A stretch of DNA of 59,266 bases, filler included, from Sphacelaria rigidula (lineage: Eukaryota): assembly GCA_964200075.2 (NCBI GenBank). It is 8 parts of 8 records of this genome, joined end to end, with 100 filler letters (N's around TTAATTAATTAA, not from the genome) between each part and the next. Parts side by side here need not be neighbours in the genome. Positions count along the whole stretch, not along the records: positions 7,422 to 14,742 come from CAXNAA020015456.1; positions 14,843 to 22,163 come from CAXNAA020015457.1; positions 22,264 to 29,584 come from CAXNAA020015458.1; 5 more parts are not named here. One strand, given 5' to 3'. Under the pieces are notes generated by a model that was not told the DNA's origin, searched no databases, and was given only the letters and a program-made list of their open reading frames with translations. The first letter of the stretch is position 1; each line of letters opens with the position of its first letter. Of the stretch, positions 11,255 through 23,504 are shown one piece after another. The position numbers and the translations under genes are program-made.

Positions 11255-11515
11255 CATATGTGGACTGACGGACCTTTTTTGGTGGATCCCAAGGGCCGTG
11301 TAGTTTGCATCATATGCTGCAAAGTGGTGGTCACCCTGTCGGGCAACACCGCAAATCTTATCGCCCACTACGCCTCGCCAACAGTGGAGGATGTAGAGGG
11401 ATATATAGCCAACCTTTCGGCTGCAAAGAAGAAAAGTAGCAGTGGCACTGAAGGAAAGAGCACACATCAAACAAAGATAGACGGGTTCACCCAGTGGGTG
11501 TGTAAAGAAGAAAAG
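11255..11515 (+). pseudogene. hAT-type transposase N-terminal remnant (BED zinc finger)
   Basis: MWTDGPFLVDPKGRVVCIICCKVVVTLSGNTANLIAHY matches the BED pattern W..F...CxxC...G.T.NL..H. Confidence 0.7.
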
Positions 11516-11754
11516 TAGCAGTGGCACTGAAGGAAAGAGCACACATCAAACGAAGATGGACGGGTTCACCCAGTGAGGGTATCAAGACGAAAATAGACAG
11601 CTGGACTGAAGGAAAGAGTACACATCAAGCAAAGGTCGACGGGTTCACCCAGTAAGTATAATATACAATATACTCGCTGGGTGAACCCGACGACTTTTGG
11701 TTGATGTGTACTCTTTCCTTCAGTCGTACTGTTACTTTTGTTCTTCATGTACTC

Positions 11755-12110
11755 ACTGGGTGAACCCGTCGATCTTTGTTTGATGTGTGTTCTTTCCTTC
11801 AGTCCCACTGCGACGTTTCTTCTTTGCAGCCGAAAGCTTGGGTATATATCCCTCTTCATCCTTCACTGTCGGCAAGGCGTAGTGGACGACAAGATCTGTG
11901 GTGTCGCCCGACAGGGTGACCACCACTTCGCAGGATATGGTGCAAACCGCGCGGCCCTTGGGATTTAACAAAAAAATGCTCCTCAGTCCACACATAGGAT
12001 GGCCTTTTCTGCTTAGGCCTGCACTTGCTCAGGCCGGCTTTCCCCTCGTCGCAGTCGACATCTTCGGCGGTTGGAGAGCCGGCCGCCTCTCTCGCCAACA
12101 TGTAAGCCAT
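11755..12110 (-). pseudogene. Second, inverted, frameshifted copy of the BED-finger remnant
   Basis: KRPSYVWTEEHF / LNPKGRAVCTISCEVVVTLSGDTTDLVVHY...KLSAAKKKRRSGTEGKNTHQTKIDGFTQ is the inverted paralogue of 11255-11515. Confidence 0.7.
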
Positions 12111-12224
12111 ACGAAGCCAACTAGTAGCGAAGCACTGAGCTCTGTGTTCCGTGCTCCTGCTGTCCGTCACATCAGCTCAATCTCTCGAACCCAAGGTCAG
12201 TAAGGGTGCGTCATTTGACCGCAT

Positions 12225-12362
12225 TTATCGTATCGTATCGTATCGGACTTACCGTTATCGTTATCGTTATCGTGATGGTTTCATCGACATGTTTTTGATA
12301 CGATAACGATAACGATTTTTCGATGACGATGTATCGAACCTTTCGATACGATATCCGACACG
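12225..12362 (-). mobile_element. Probable hAT 5' end with (TATCG/TTATCG)n subterminal repeats
   Basis: Arrays ATCGTATCGTATCG, TTATCGTTATCG and their inverse CGATAACGATAAC lie immediately upstream of the minus-strand BED remnant. Confidence 0.55.
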
Positions 12363-13466
12363 AGATCGCCACTCCCTGCCTCTGCGGACATGTCCTTCTC
12401 TACTTTCTTCGACGAACCACCACCACCTACCGTGTCGGCAGACAATACCCTGCGCAGTCGCACGCTGCCGACATGCGCGTGCGGTGCAGTACAGCGACTA
12501 CTATCGCCATCTTCCGTCAATCAAGGGAGTACCCCCCCTCGAATAGTCGTACCCCTCTCCTACTGCCCCAGAATGAGGTTTCGACGACACGGGGGGGAGG
12601 AGTGGTGTTGGATTTCCCGATGTGTGGCCCTTCGGGTAGGAATGCTTTTCTCTATTCAGCTACATACACTGATCGCACGATCTGCCTCCTCTACTCATGT
12701 TCAACTCCTACACTAAATTCAAAACTCACAGGGTAAGGGGATAACTCACTCTTGATTTCTTTTTTTCCGACCGCGCGTAAGGTAAATATGCTGTTATCCA
12801 TTCCGCAACATGGATCGCACAGTTTGCCTCCTTTACTCAACATCAACTATACTAAATTCGAATGTCACAGGATGACGCCAACTCTAATGAGAGCCGTTCA
12901 AAAATGTATTTTTCAAAGATTCCAAACGCATTGTTTTTTGGCCACGATTCTGAACGGGGACCAAAACACCCACTATTATGGCATAAAGTTGGACTCGCAC
13001 ATATATATTGAAGTTGGCGTGACCTAGGAGTTGTGCACCCGTACAACAGCATCCAAAAAAAACATAACGGCTGCACAGCCATCACGTGACTATTCCAACT
13101 TTGTGTCAACAACATTTATTTTCTTGCCACCCCTCTGTACAGACCGGACCAGTGGCGGTTCAGCATCTCAGGCAATCTCCAGCTTAGATCAAACCGTTCT
13201 TGGGGGATTCAAACGCACTACAGTAAGTACTCACCGGCAAGTACAGCATGGAAATGATGGATGTGGGCACGAATTGCATTGTTGGCTTTTCAAACGACAC
13301 AACGCATCCAACACGCCATGGTGATGGCGCTTTCGGTAGTGTCTAGACTTGTGTGCTGACCGGGACACAACAGCAGTACTGCAGTTCAGGCAATCCTTAG
13401 CGCAGATCAAACCGTCTTTGCAGGGGCACAACACTACCTGCCAGCTACAGGACAGGAATGCTGAAC

Positions 13467-14551
13467 ACCCTGGACAATGGACACAAAAATAGTTCATTGC
13501 TTCAGCAATAGACACGGGGGAAAATCTATCGATATATATTATCGAACACGATAAATAGTGAAACACATCTATTGATATGTATTGCAAGGAACAATAGATG
13601 GTGCAATAGTCGATCGATAGCCTATGTCAATTACAATAGATGCATACCACTCGCCATCGATGGAAATCGTGTACCGCAATAAATTCTGGGTTGTATATAT
13701 CGATAGCTATTGCCGTAATCAAAAGGTTTGGTGAGCCATCCATCGATAGTCATTACCGTTATCAAGAGGTCTAGTGGGCCATCCATCGATAGTCATTGCC
13801 GTCATCAATAGATTGAGTGAATTGTCCATCAATACATATTACCGCCATCAATAGATTTGGTGACCCTTCTATCGGTAGCCTCTATCGCCAACAATGATTT
13901 TTTTGGTATCTAGCAATATGGGCATTGCCGTCAACAATCGATTGCTCTCGGGAGCACCTATCAACAGCCAGTGACGCGAACGATCGGTTCTGAAAAATAG
14001 ATTGCTCACTGCAGTGGTCTTATGATACCAACGGCAATACCCTTTACACATGAACACGCAACGACCTGAGGCGATAGCTGGTCATAGCTTCTGTGGAATA
14101 AGGCGGAAGCATACATCGAAAAATGTGCATACATAGCGCCAGTGATCGACACCATTCAGCTACCTTTGTGGTCAGCAATAGATATTGTTGATGGCCGCGA
14201 TTCAGATTCTATTGTGACCCTAAATAGACATTGGTAGGCGCAATTTTGACCCTATTGTGACCAACAATATGTATTGGTGGCTTCGTGGTAGATCCTATTG
14301 TGATTGGCAATGAACATTGGTGGCCACAAATCAGAGCCTGTTGCAACAAATAAAATGTATCGATAGATAACTAGGCCCTTCCTTTGTCACGGCAATGATA
14401 CATCATGTCCCCTGTCCGAATCTATTGTCGCCTACAATAGCTATCGATAGACTTTGATGCCAGTAGATGATGACTGACAATGGATATTGATGATCAATTT
14501 TCGGGGCTATTACAGCGCCAATGTGCTGTTACATAAACTATTGTCCAGGGT
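13467..14551. mobile_element. Non-autonomous TIR DNA transposon (~1.08 kb)
   Basis: 12-bp TIR ACCCTGGACAAT...ATTGTCCAGGGT. The interior is made of degenerate ~45-bp units rich in CAATAG/CTATTG/ATCGAT and has no ORF. Confidence 0.7.
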
Positions 14552-14905
14552 TTAAGCACATCTCACCCACACATAAGAGTACTGTAAGCGCTTATGTCCA
14601 TCAGAGGGACACCACACCAACAACAAAAGTTGTAAACTTTTTTCTACACATGTTGCGGATTCCTACAAAATACAAGCGTTCCAAAACTGTTGTTACTTGA
14701 GGTCAGATATCCACAGGGAGCTACACTACATGGTGGTGGCGTNNNNNNNNNNNNNNNNNNNNNNNNNNNNNNNNNNNNNNNNNNNNTTAATTAATTAANN
14801 NNNNNNNNNNNNNNNNNNNNNNNNNNNNNNNNNNNNNNNNNNTTTTTGTTTTTTTTTTTTTTTTTTTTTTTTTTTATTTTTTTTTTTTATTTTGTTTTTT
14901 GGTTT

Positions 14906-14970
14906 CTCATTTGTTGCTTGCCTTAGTCGTTTGACCATTGACCATGCATCCCTTTCGAGACGGAGCACCG
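14906..14970 (-). repeat. Conserved ~70-nt motif (probable retroposon 3' end); copies at 18373-18441(+), 31107-31176(+), 44352-44418(+) and 51794-51846(-)
   Basis: Consensus CGGTGCTCCGTCTCGAAAGGGATGCGTGGTCAACGGTCAAACGACTAAGGCAAGCAACAAATGAGTAC. This copy runs into a long A tract; three others run into C runs. Confidence 0.8.
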
Positions 14971-15465
14971 GGGCATGCTTAGAACTAGTATTTCATAAGT
15001 CGTGTTTTGGATGAGATAAAGGGCTTCTAACGATTCCAACCTCAGAAAATATTTGTGCACCCCTACCATAGCCATCAATCAGGAGCGAAAGTATCATAGT
15101 GTGGAAGGGAGCGATGTTATCATGTGGTGGAGGCAAGCGAAAGTACCGAAATATATAGAAGCGAGCGGAAGCATCAGCGATGAGCATCATGCGTAAAAAT
15201 GAACACCTCGTCCGGAACCTCATGCTGCAGCTGAAAACGAGTGGTGCTAAGTGAACAACGTTTTGTTTTGGCAAAGTCGATATCTGCAGCGTACATGATG
15301 AAGTGAGGTCCAGCCTAGTGTATATAGTACACAGCGTGATTTCACCTTCCTGTGTTCTGAGGTTGGAAGTCGGTATGTCTTCATTTTCTGTAGCGGTTTT
15401 GCTACATATTCCTCGGTTCATCCTGGCGACTCTCAACTAGTGTGCACGGCACTGAACTGTGCTGG

Positions 15466-15678
15466 CTGTAATGCGTGAGAGGACCGCGTGCTTAGAGGAC
15501 CGCATTGGAATTTGAACATCCCTATGGTTAGGGCTAGGGTTAGGGTTAGGATTAGGGTTATGGTCAGGGGCGTGGTACCTGCAGGGACTGGCCCGATTGG
15601 TTTTGAAAAACGTCGATCCTGAGGTGTTTTGAACTACAGCGCGGCCCTTTATGCACGCGGTCCTCTCACGCATTACAC
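15466..15678. mobile_element. MITE with internal telomere-like (TTAGGG)n; second copy at 19530-19749 in opposite orientation
   Basis: TIR CTGTAATGCGTGAGAGGACCGCGTGCTTAGAGGACCGC pairs with GGTCCTCTAAGCACGCGGTCCTCTCA.GCATTACAG. Internal GGTTAGGGCTAGGGTTAGGGTTAGG. Confidence 0.85.
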
Positions 15679-16284
15679 TGACTATACTGATAGATATCAG
15701 TTTATAGGCGCGCGCGCAGGAGGAGCATCTCCATGACTCGACCATACCCCGAGAAAATGCACAGTACTGCGCGACGCATGTCCTTCGGGTCGCGCAGGTG
15801 ATCAGCAGAAGTATCTTGGAGGCAAGGTTCCCTATATTTCCAACTGCGAATTACTGCGAATTACTGTGAAAGATACCGGGAATCTCGAGTTGGAGATACC
15901 TCTGATGGATCGTGTAATGGATGATCGTCGAGGTTTCACCGGGCCAATCCAGAAGGAACTCGTCGTTGGAATTAGCATGATGTACATATCGCGAGAACGG
16001 ACGTTTCGCAGTGAGAAGCACATAATGCACACGGGTGATAAAGAGATAGCCCCCCCCCCCCCATACCAGCCTCAAAACTGTCACGAAGACTATGGCCATG
16101 CAGTGCATGATAACTGATTTCAGACTGCATGAGGCTCCCCAAATGGACAACATTGGCGAGATCGATCCCAAGCATGGGAGCTGCCAGCTGCTCGGTGTGC
16201 TCGGCTCCTTTCATTTGTAATCGCATGTAGATTTTACCCCCCCAAACCAACCACTTGTCTTGGGAGGGTTATCGCGGCATCAGT

Positions 16285-16308
16285 CACACAAAACATGCAC
16301 GCGCGCGC

Positions 16309-16356
<48 letters not shown>
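16285..16356. repeat. (CA)n microsatellite
   Basis: About 20 CA units preceded by a GC dinucleotide run. Confidence 0.9.
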
Positions 16357-16358
<2 letters not shown>

Positions 16359-16999
16359 AAGAACGCCGGGCCGTTGCTTTCCCAAAACAGCACCAACCCT
16401 ATTTCCACAAAGCATCACTGTTGTCAGTCAATTGCAAGCACGTTGTTTCAACTTCCTACAAACCCCGTTGACTACCAACGATACAACACAGCGCTATTTC
16501 CATATCGCGTAGTCCCCCGCCACCAATGTACTGTATTGACCACACTAACCTACTCGTACAAGCCCAGACCTCACCTAATGCAACCTGTTCCTGAATATCT
16601 CCTAGTGATGTGAACAATTCGGCGTATGTGAAAACCGACATGAACGGCAGCATTCTTCACATCCTCATTCTTCAGCGCAGATGAACGATAATATCTCCAC
16701 CGCCGCGTTCAGTCCCCGCAACAACACCACGGTCGAGATTCGCAACACGCACGCCAGAGCCACCACCACAGCACGTACAACTAGCCTCTTCGCTGTAAAG
16801 ATCGCAACATGTACTCGCACATAATCTCAACCTACTGCGTATCACTTCACGAAACTTGAACATGTAGAGACGTCACCCTTGCATGCATGATAGACCTGAA
16901 AGCTAAAGATTTTGCGAAGACCGTGATCATGCGATCGCCTTTTCTATTGTACAAATCAAGCACCCTGTTGCAGTCACACGTGAATGAGAGGTGGCACGG

Positions 17000-19900
17000 C
17001 AATCGCTTTGCTTCTACTTGCAGTATCTCAGTTCAACTGCCGAGAATAGCGTCTCACGCACGGCCTCGGATTTTCCTCTCCATTTGTCGATTTGATTGGC
17101 GATTTGTTTAACTCCTCTCTGCCTCGGGCATGCTCCATACAAAATGTCGCAAGAGTATCGCCACAAGATGCTGACGTGTTCACAAGTAGCCTTGTGCCGG
17201 TGCGCATTCACTCCGAGCATCTGTCGTACCTGCAAGGTAATTCATGTTTCGCGGAGAGAGTGGCATGTGGGAGACCGTCCCTAGGGGTCCCTGGTGAACA
17301 CGAACCGCTGGTGCGCGGTCTAGGTCCCGTCGCTGTGCTGCGCTCCAGCCATCTCGAAACAAAAGACATATCAGGCAGTCACAGCAGGTCTAGCAATGAT
17401 ACGATTTCCGTGTCGAGGTTTTCGCACCTAGCTCTAATGACATTACATACTTCATGACTTCGAGCTTGCTATTCCTAAATGAAAAATGTGCACCTTGATC
17501 CCTTTGGCACGAGATCCTCAGAGAGCGGCCCTTAATCAACTACCGAAATATGTGAAAACTGATGATCATGGTTCAACCACATCGCAGTACACAAATCAGG
17601 AGGCTACAGTACTTCTTTCCTCTCTGAGGCCGTTGCTCCTATTTTTTTCTGTTTCTTTCCTTTTTTTTCTTATATTATTATTCTGTTTTTTTTTGCTGCT
17701 CCTAACCACGGGCTGGATTGTTGCAATCAGCTAATGATGTGAGATAATCAACCCGTCGATCAATCGAACCAGTACAGACCCCGAAGAGTACGGTCTCTTG
17801 CCAATGGGGGCAGTGCTCGCAAGCAGAGATAAGCTGCTTCGCTACACGGGAAATGAGTGAGCACATTGTCTTCGGACCAAACAGCACGAACTACGTAAAA
17901 CAGAATGTACATACAACGTAGCCTTCGTGCAACCGTACAACGACCTCGGAGAGCGCCGTGCCCTCTGTTCGATCGTTCGAGGGTCTTCATTCACATAAAC
18001 ACAGGGTGCTGGCGGTGGTTGCAGGATGGATGAGTGAAAACAACCACACATTTCTTGTTTCTTGTTTGATGATCCTCAACGTGGTCGTGCGCATTGCTGG
18101 CACCAGGGCGAAAAACAAAAATACTTGTTGCGATTTTCCATTTTTCCTCTGTCCAAGTGATGTGTGGCTGAAGTAATTATTGTCTAAGATATCTACAGAA
18201 ATGTGTTGGATTTCCGGGCCTATTGAAGGGCATAACTTTCGGATACCTTATGTAGGCTCGGGAGGGAGAACTTGAACGTTCTACGGAGGGCGTGAATCGA
18301 CCATCGCAAGACCTTCCTTACCATACTTCGCCACCACTACCCCCTACCCCCACCCCCTCCTCAGCTGTAGAACGGTACTCCGTCTCAAAAGGGATGCGTG
18401 GTCAACGGTCAAGTGACTAAGGCAAGCAACATACGAGTACGACCCCCCATCGTTTCCCGAGATCAAGGGGATGTTCATGGGGGAATCCGGGAAGATGCCC
18501 CTGATTACCGTAGACAAAAAAGGATGCACTACGAGAAGAAAGACTCCCAACTTGTCGATTCCGTCCTCTCCTCAGATTGTCAGGGCCCGAATGTCAAACC
18601 TCCAGTGACAGATTTTGTTTTCACACTCTTGACCCCTCTCCTTCCTCGGGACGAGTCCGTGGTCTCAAGGGATATACTCATCCCTCCCAAGTATTGCCGG
18701 AGACAATTAGTGGTTTCATTCACGAGAGTAAGCTGTTAGGTTGATGTTGTCAGTACTGATGGTCAGCCCACCTTGATCCTACAGGTGTCTCGCCCCCAAA
18801 TGCCCCTAGGATATGAGGCGGTGGCCACACCGAAACGGCCTCGAGAAGGGACCGTCATTGTACGGTGACGGGTATGTACGCTGAAGCTAGTCCAGTATGT
18901 CTGGTGTAGTGGTGTATAATTTCGATACATTTACCCTGATGTGTTTTGTCAAAATTACGAAAATAGTTACAAGGTAATGCCGGCATACCCGTTTTCTTCA
19001 CCAGCACCGTACATACCCGCCGGGTGTTGTCGATGATGTCATGAGTGCGTTCGGTGTACTTGATACGTGTGGAATATTCCCGCATATATTCTAGAGTGGC
19101 AAGGTACAAGCACGGCGGTATTATGCTCGAGTAGAGAAGGTGTGGCTGAACAACAAGTGCGTTGTCACGACGCTGCTGCCCCATTCCTCGTACGCTCATG
19201 TGAGAGTTTGACTAGAGTGACGCAATAGCGGGTGTACCCGCGCAATTGATCTGGTTCGCTCGCATGTTTGACTCATCTTGTGTTTCTCGGTACGTTTCGC
19301 GTGGCAGAAGACACGCAAGTGAAACTCCGTTCTCTGCAAGGCGAACCTTTTGCACCCCGCCAGGGGGGCTCACCAACTGTAGGCTGAGAAAACCATTCCC
19401 CGTGTTCGGGCCAAGATGTGATCATGGGAGCGGTGGGGCGAGGCGAGGAGGGTGGGGCATACTAAGACCAAGCGGTTAGTTGCCTCTTTCACGAGGTTGT
19501 TTTAGGCTTCATGATGAAAAAGAAAGAATATGTAATGCGTTTGAGGACCGCGTGCTTAGAGGACCGCATCGTAGTCCAAAACGCCTCAGGATCGACATTT
19601 TTTCAAAACCAATCGGGCCAGTCCCTGCAAGGACCACGCCCCTGACCCCAACCCCAACCCCAACCCCAACACTAACCCTGACCCTTACCATAAGGGTGTT
19701 TAAACTCGGATTTGGTCCTCTAAGCACGCGGTCCTCTCAGGCATTACAGAATACACCATTCCGAGACCAGGTAGTTCGGGTCATCCAAAGACCAAGCAGT
19801 TTCGTACGCAATCAACACCAACTACCTCTCGATTATATTGAGACACACGTGTGTAACAAGTGATTTCAAGCTAACCCGAACGGAGTGATTCTTGAAACAC

Positions 19901-21184
19901 ACTGAAAGCAAGCACCTAATCCCAACAGTAGAACAAAGTACCTACCCATCACACTGAGATCACGAAACGTTTATCACACAATGGACTCGAGCAATTTACG
20001 GCTCAACCGACCAAATACTGTCAGCCACACTATAGAGCTGATTGTCGACCAGTTCGTACCCATATTCGGCACCGATGACCGAAGAAACGTTTTCGAGTGC
20101 ATAATATTTTCCGTGTTCGGGGTGTGTTCAAAAATTGACTTGCATGTTCGGAATGCCCTTAGATCCAAGTGTACCATGGTGTACTGTACCTCCCCCCACC
20201 CGGGCACAGGATTACACACAGCCCCCCCGAGTGGGAAAAGTATTCGCCCCAGTAGTATGTTGCTTTTGTAAAATAAAAATATTCCTCGTATTTTCTCTCG
20301 GCTCACTGTTTCTCGGCCGATACCAACCTCTTCTGTGGTGATCGGAATTATCTCGAGGCAGTTGTCGTACTTCGGAGCTATCACATTGCATGCCTTCATG
20401 ATATACCGGAAGACATCTGGGTGTGCGTAATTTTCCACAGTGTTCCTTACAATGGTCGTGCTTCCCACGCACGAAAAACCGGAGGTATCCCACGACAATG
20501 GATGAATCTCAGCGGGGGGAGGGGTCCCAGGGACAGTCCCTTTTGTCGGCAGTAAAGATCACCTCTCAGGGGGTAGAGTGTTGCGTATTCTCTTTCATGT
20601 GCCGACATTTGACGAACGAGGAACACGTTTACACAAATACTCACATTTTGCTGTTCGATGAACTCGCGGAGTACAGACGGAAGGAGAGGTTGTCGTCGCT
20701 CGAGCGGGCGGCCTTGCGTTTCTTGCCAGCATTGGAGCTTTCCCGGGCATCGTCCACCTTCCCGCCCGCCTTGAAACACAAAAACACATACACATGGAGA
20801 AAGTCGTCATACACAGGGCCACACTCTCTTCACTACCCATCGAAGGGAGAGCGGCAATACAACAGCAGTAGATACAGGGGTGGGGAGATGTCGAAATCAT
20901 CCCACGGTGTGAAACTGGGAGCGAGTTGTACAGCAATAAATTGACGATTATATAACTTGAATGGTGCAGTTCCGTCTGGTGTTTCACACAGCACTGAACG
21001 GGAAAATCACATCGAGAACTAGTACTGCGTAGTGCCACATGAAGAACAAACCAATCACTAACATCCTTATCCGGCGCTCCTTCCGCCTTTTGCGCCCGAC
21101 TGATCTGAGAGTCCAGCTGCGCCATTTCCGTTCCAAAGCGAGAGACCTGCGCGATCATGCCGAGTCGATGGGGTAAGGAGTGCA
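17000..21184 (-). pseudogene. Decayed intron-containing gene, tentatively Plavaka/CACTA-like transposase; clearest exons 21063-21184 and 20645-20769
   Basis: Two phase-compatible exons with cag/GTTAGT and aag/GTGAGT boundaries give ...KAEGAPDKD|AGGKVDDARESSNAGKKRK. Downstream broken blocks lie in a Plavaka-like order. Interrupted by a MITE and other repeats. Confidence 0.35.
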
Positions 21185-21829
21185 CTGTAGTGCTTGTGCG
21201 ACATCATCACGTAGAGATACCGGCGCCACTTTGTTGACCCTCAAACACATTCGAGTAAAACGAATCGGTCCGTACTAAATACTTTTGCTTACTTGGGGGG
21301 AGGAAACCTGTCTGGTACTTGTTCAGTTTGCCAGACTCACGGCCCGTGTTTGGCACGGAATTCTGTAGCATTGAGATGATACATGTTCTGTGCGACGCGT
21401 AACAGATTTTGAAAAATCAAGACTGCACAATTTAACCTCCCGCTAGTGTGCTTCTCAGGACACGCATTCTCCTGATACGGGTGGAGAGCCGAACTCTTTG
21501 TCGAAGCGCTGCCTGACTAAAAGTTCATCATGCTAGTTCGAACCTTCATCCGAACACTGTTCGTCAAAGCCGACCTCATCCCAGACCCGAAGCCCGGCAC
21601 CCAAGTCTGGCCCAACAGCGTGTACCAACACAACTTTGATAAGAAGGAGGTCCAGTATAGGCCGTACAGCAGTAATGCCGTCACCAAAGGGAGCAGTTGG
21701 TTCCCTCTGATAGAGTGTTGCTACCCGATACAGATATGATCAGGGGTCTTAGAGCGCAAGCTTATTACTAATCGTGATCATACAATACAACATTTCATCC
21801 CTGCCCAAACTGTAACGAAGATAAGAAAA

Positions 21830-22064
21830 ATCCGGTAGAGTTCAAATGGAAGTGGGGAGAAGAGGAACTGCCGATCGTAGGATCGTAGACCAGTATACAT
21901 ACCTTGGCGTAGAGATGTCAAGAAACTGTTCTTGGGATGCACACATAACCAAAGGAGTAGAAAAGGTTAAGGCACAGATAGGCAGGTTGGACGTGATTCT
22001 CCGAGACCCGCGCCTAGACACTAGGATTAAGAGATGTATCCTATTGAACGTGTGTTCCGAATAA
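21830..22064 (+). mobile_element. Non-LTR (LINE) reverse transcriptase C-terminal fragment
   Basis: FKWKWGEEELPI / VDQYTYLGVEMSRNCSWDAHITKGVEKVKAQIGRLDVILRDPRLDTRIKRCILL carries the YLG motif and thumb region typical of non-LTR RTs. Frameshifted. Confidence 0.8.
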
Positions 22065-23504
22065 TCTAGACGGTACAGTCTACATGCATTGTGTGTTGAA
22101 TGAGTCGCTGCAACTACAGAGAATGGCGGCGCAACCCGTTGCGGTTCGATGAAACTTCCATTTNNNNNNNNNNNNNNNNNNNNNNNNNNNNNNNNNNNNN
22201 NNNNNNNTTAATTAATTAANNNNNNNNNNNNNNNNNNNNNNNNNNNNNNNNNNNNNNNNNNNNCAAGCCGCACGGGACCCGGGGCTGCGCCCCGGTCCCG
22301 TCCGTCTTTTTTCGAGGGTCTTGGTATTCTTGCCTTGCCAAGCCCTCGTGAGAATAGACCCCTCTGGAAATGCTTATCTTGCACATGAAACAAGAACGCA
22401 CGTAAACTCCTCCAGGAGTGCGGGTATGAACGACGAGCAAAAGTGGGTGTCTAAGACGAGTAGAGGGGGGGGGTATTAAACGGCCGTTGTGCAGTTGGTT
22501 CCTTCACCGTTACTGTTGGAAAAATATCATAAGAGCAGAAAGTAAAAACTCTCTCGATTTGCTGCTTCAGCACCAGTGGTGAACATCGAACGGAGACGCA
22601 TCTTCCAATATCACAAACATATTGTACTTAGTGTACTCCAGTTCATATCTTCGACTTGACCGAACCAGTCGCGATCTCCTGACGAAGAACTCATGCGCGG
22701 AACAGGAGAATATATGTACAATATAACGTTCCGAGTAAGGCGCAGTCGCGCTATATAGAATTGGTACACGTAGTGCCCTGGAGACGTAGAATCTATGGAG
22801 GAAGACAAGGAAAAACACCAGGAAAAAATAGGTGCAGAATCACGTACAGCCAAAGGCGCATAGGTCCTACACAGAATTCGAACACAGAATGCGAACATAA
22901 GGTGCACGGGAGGTATCAAACCTATGACGAAAGACATCAGACCCCCTTCACGTATCAAGAACTATGTACGGACAGAAACATCTACAGGAAAGGACTAATT
23001 GCTCACACTTGAGACCATCAAGATATCTACCTCTGCTGCATTGCGAGTGTGGACATCAGGCGATTGTGAGTACGGAAATAGTTGAGATCAAGAGGGTGAT
23101 CTGCTGCGGGCTACTACTTGAGATGGGGATCATGATACGTGGCTACAGGCGTGCATCATAAATATCACTTTGATTGTGTGCTTGCTGAGGTGACATATGA
23201 GCCGACGTTTGTGGCATTTTGAGTTTTTTTTGTATAGCAATCAGCGTGAAATAGTAAATTGCGCCCGATTTCTATTTAGCTGGACTAGCAGCCGCGCGAT
23301 GTGTATGTGTGGGCTCAGCGCACTCGGCCACAGCGTGTGAGAAGTAGCAACTCTAGTTGTAGGAAGAAAAGAAAGAACGAAGTACACCAGCAGCCCCACG
23401 GAAGTTTCCCCCGTTTTCCGTGGGAACATGGGGACAGGTTTTCAGACGTGTCCACTCAGCCAGTCAGCGCACATTGAAATGATGAAGCGAGCGGCTCAGC
23501 GAGT

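Noticed and set aside
11420..11810. Short direct repeats resembling a CRISPR array
   Set aside because: The units are contiguous pieces of transposase coding sequence with no unique spacers, there are no cas genes, and the context is eukaryotic.
15525..15565. True telomere or chromosome end
   Set aside because: Only a few degenerate TTAGGG units, enclosed by TIRs of a repeated MITE.
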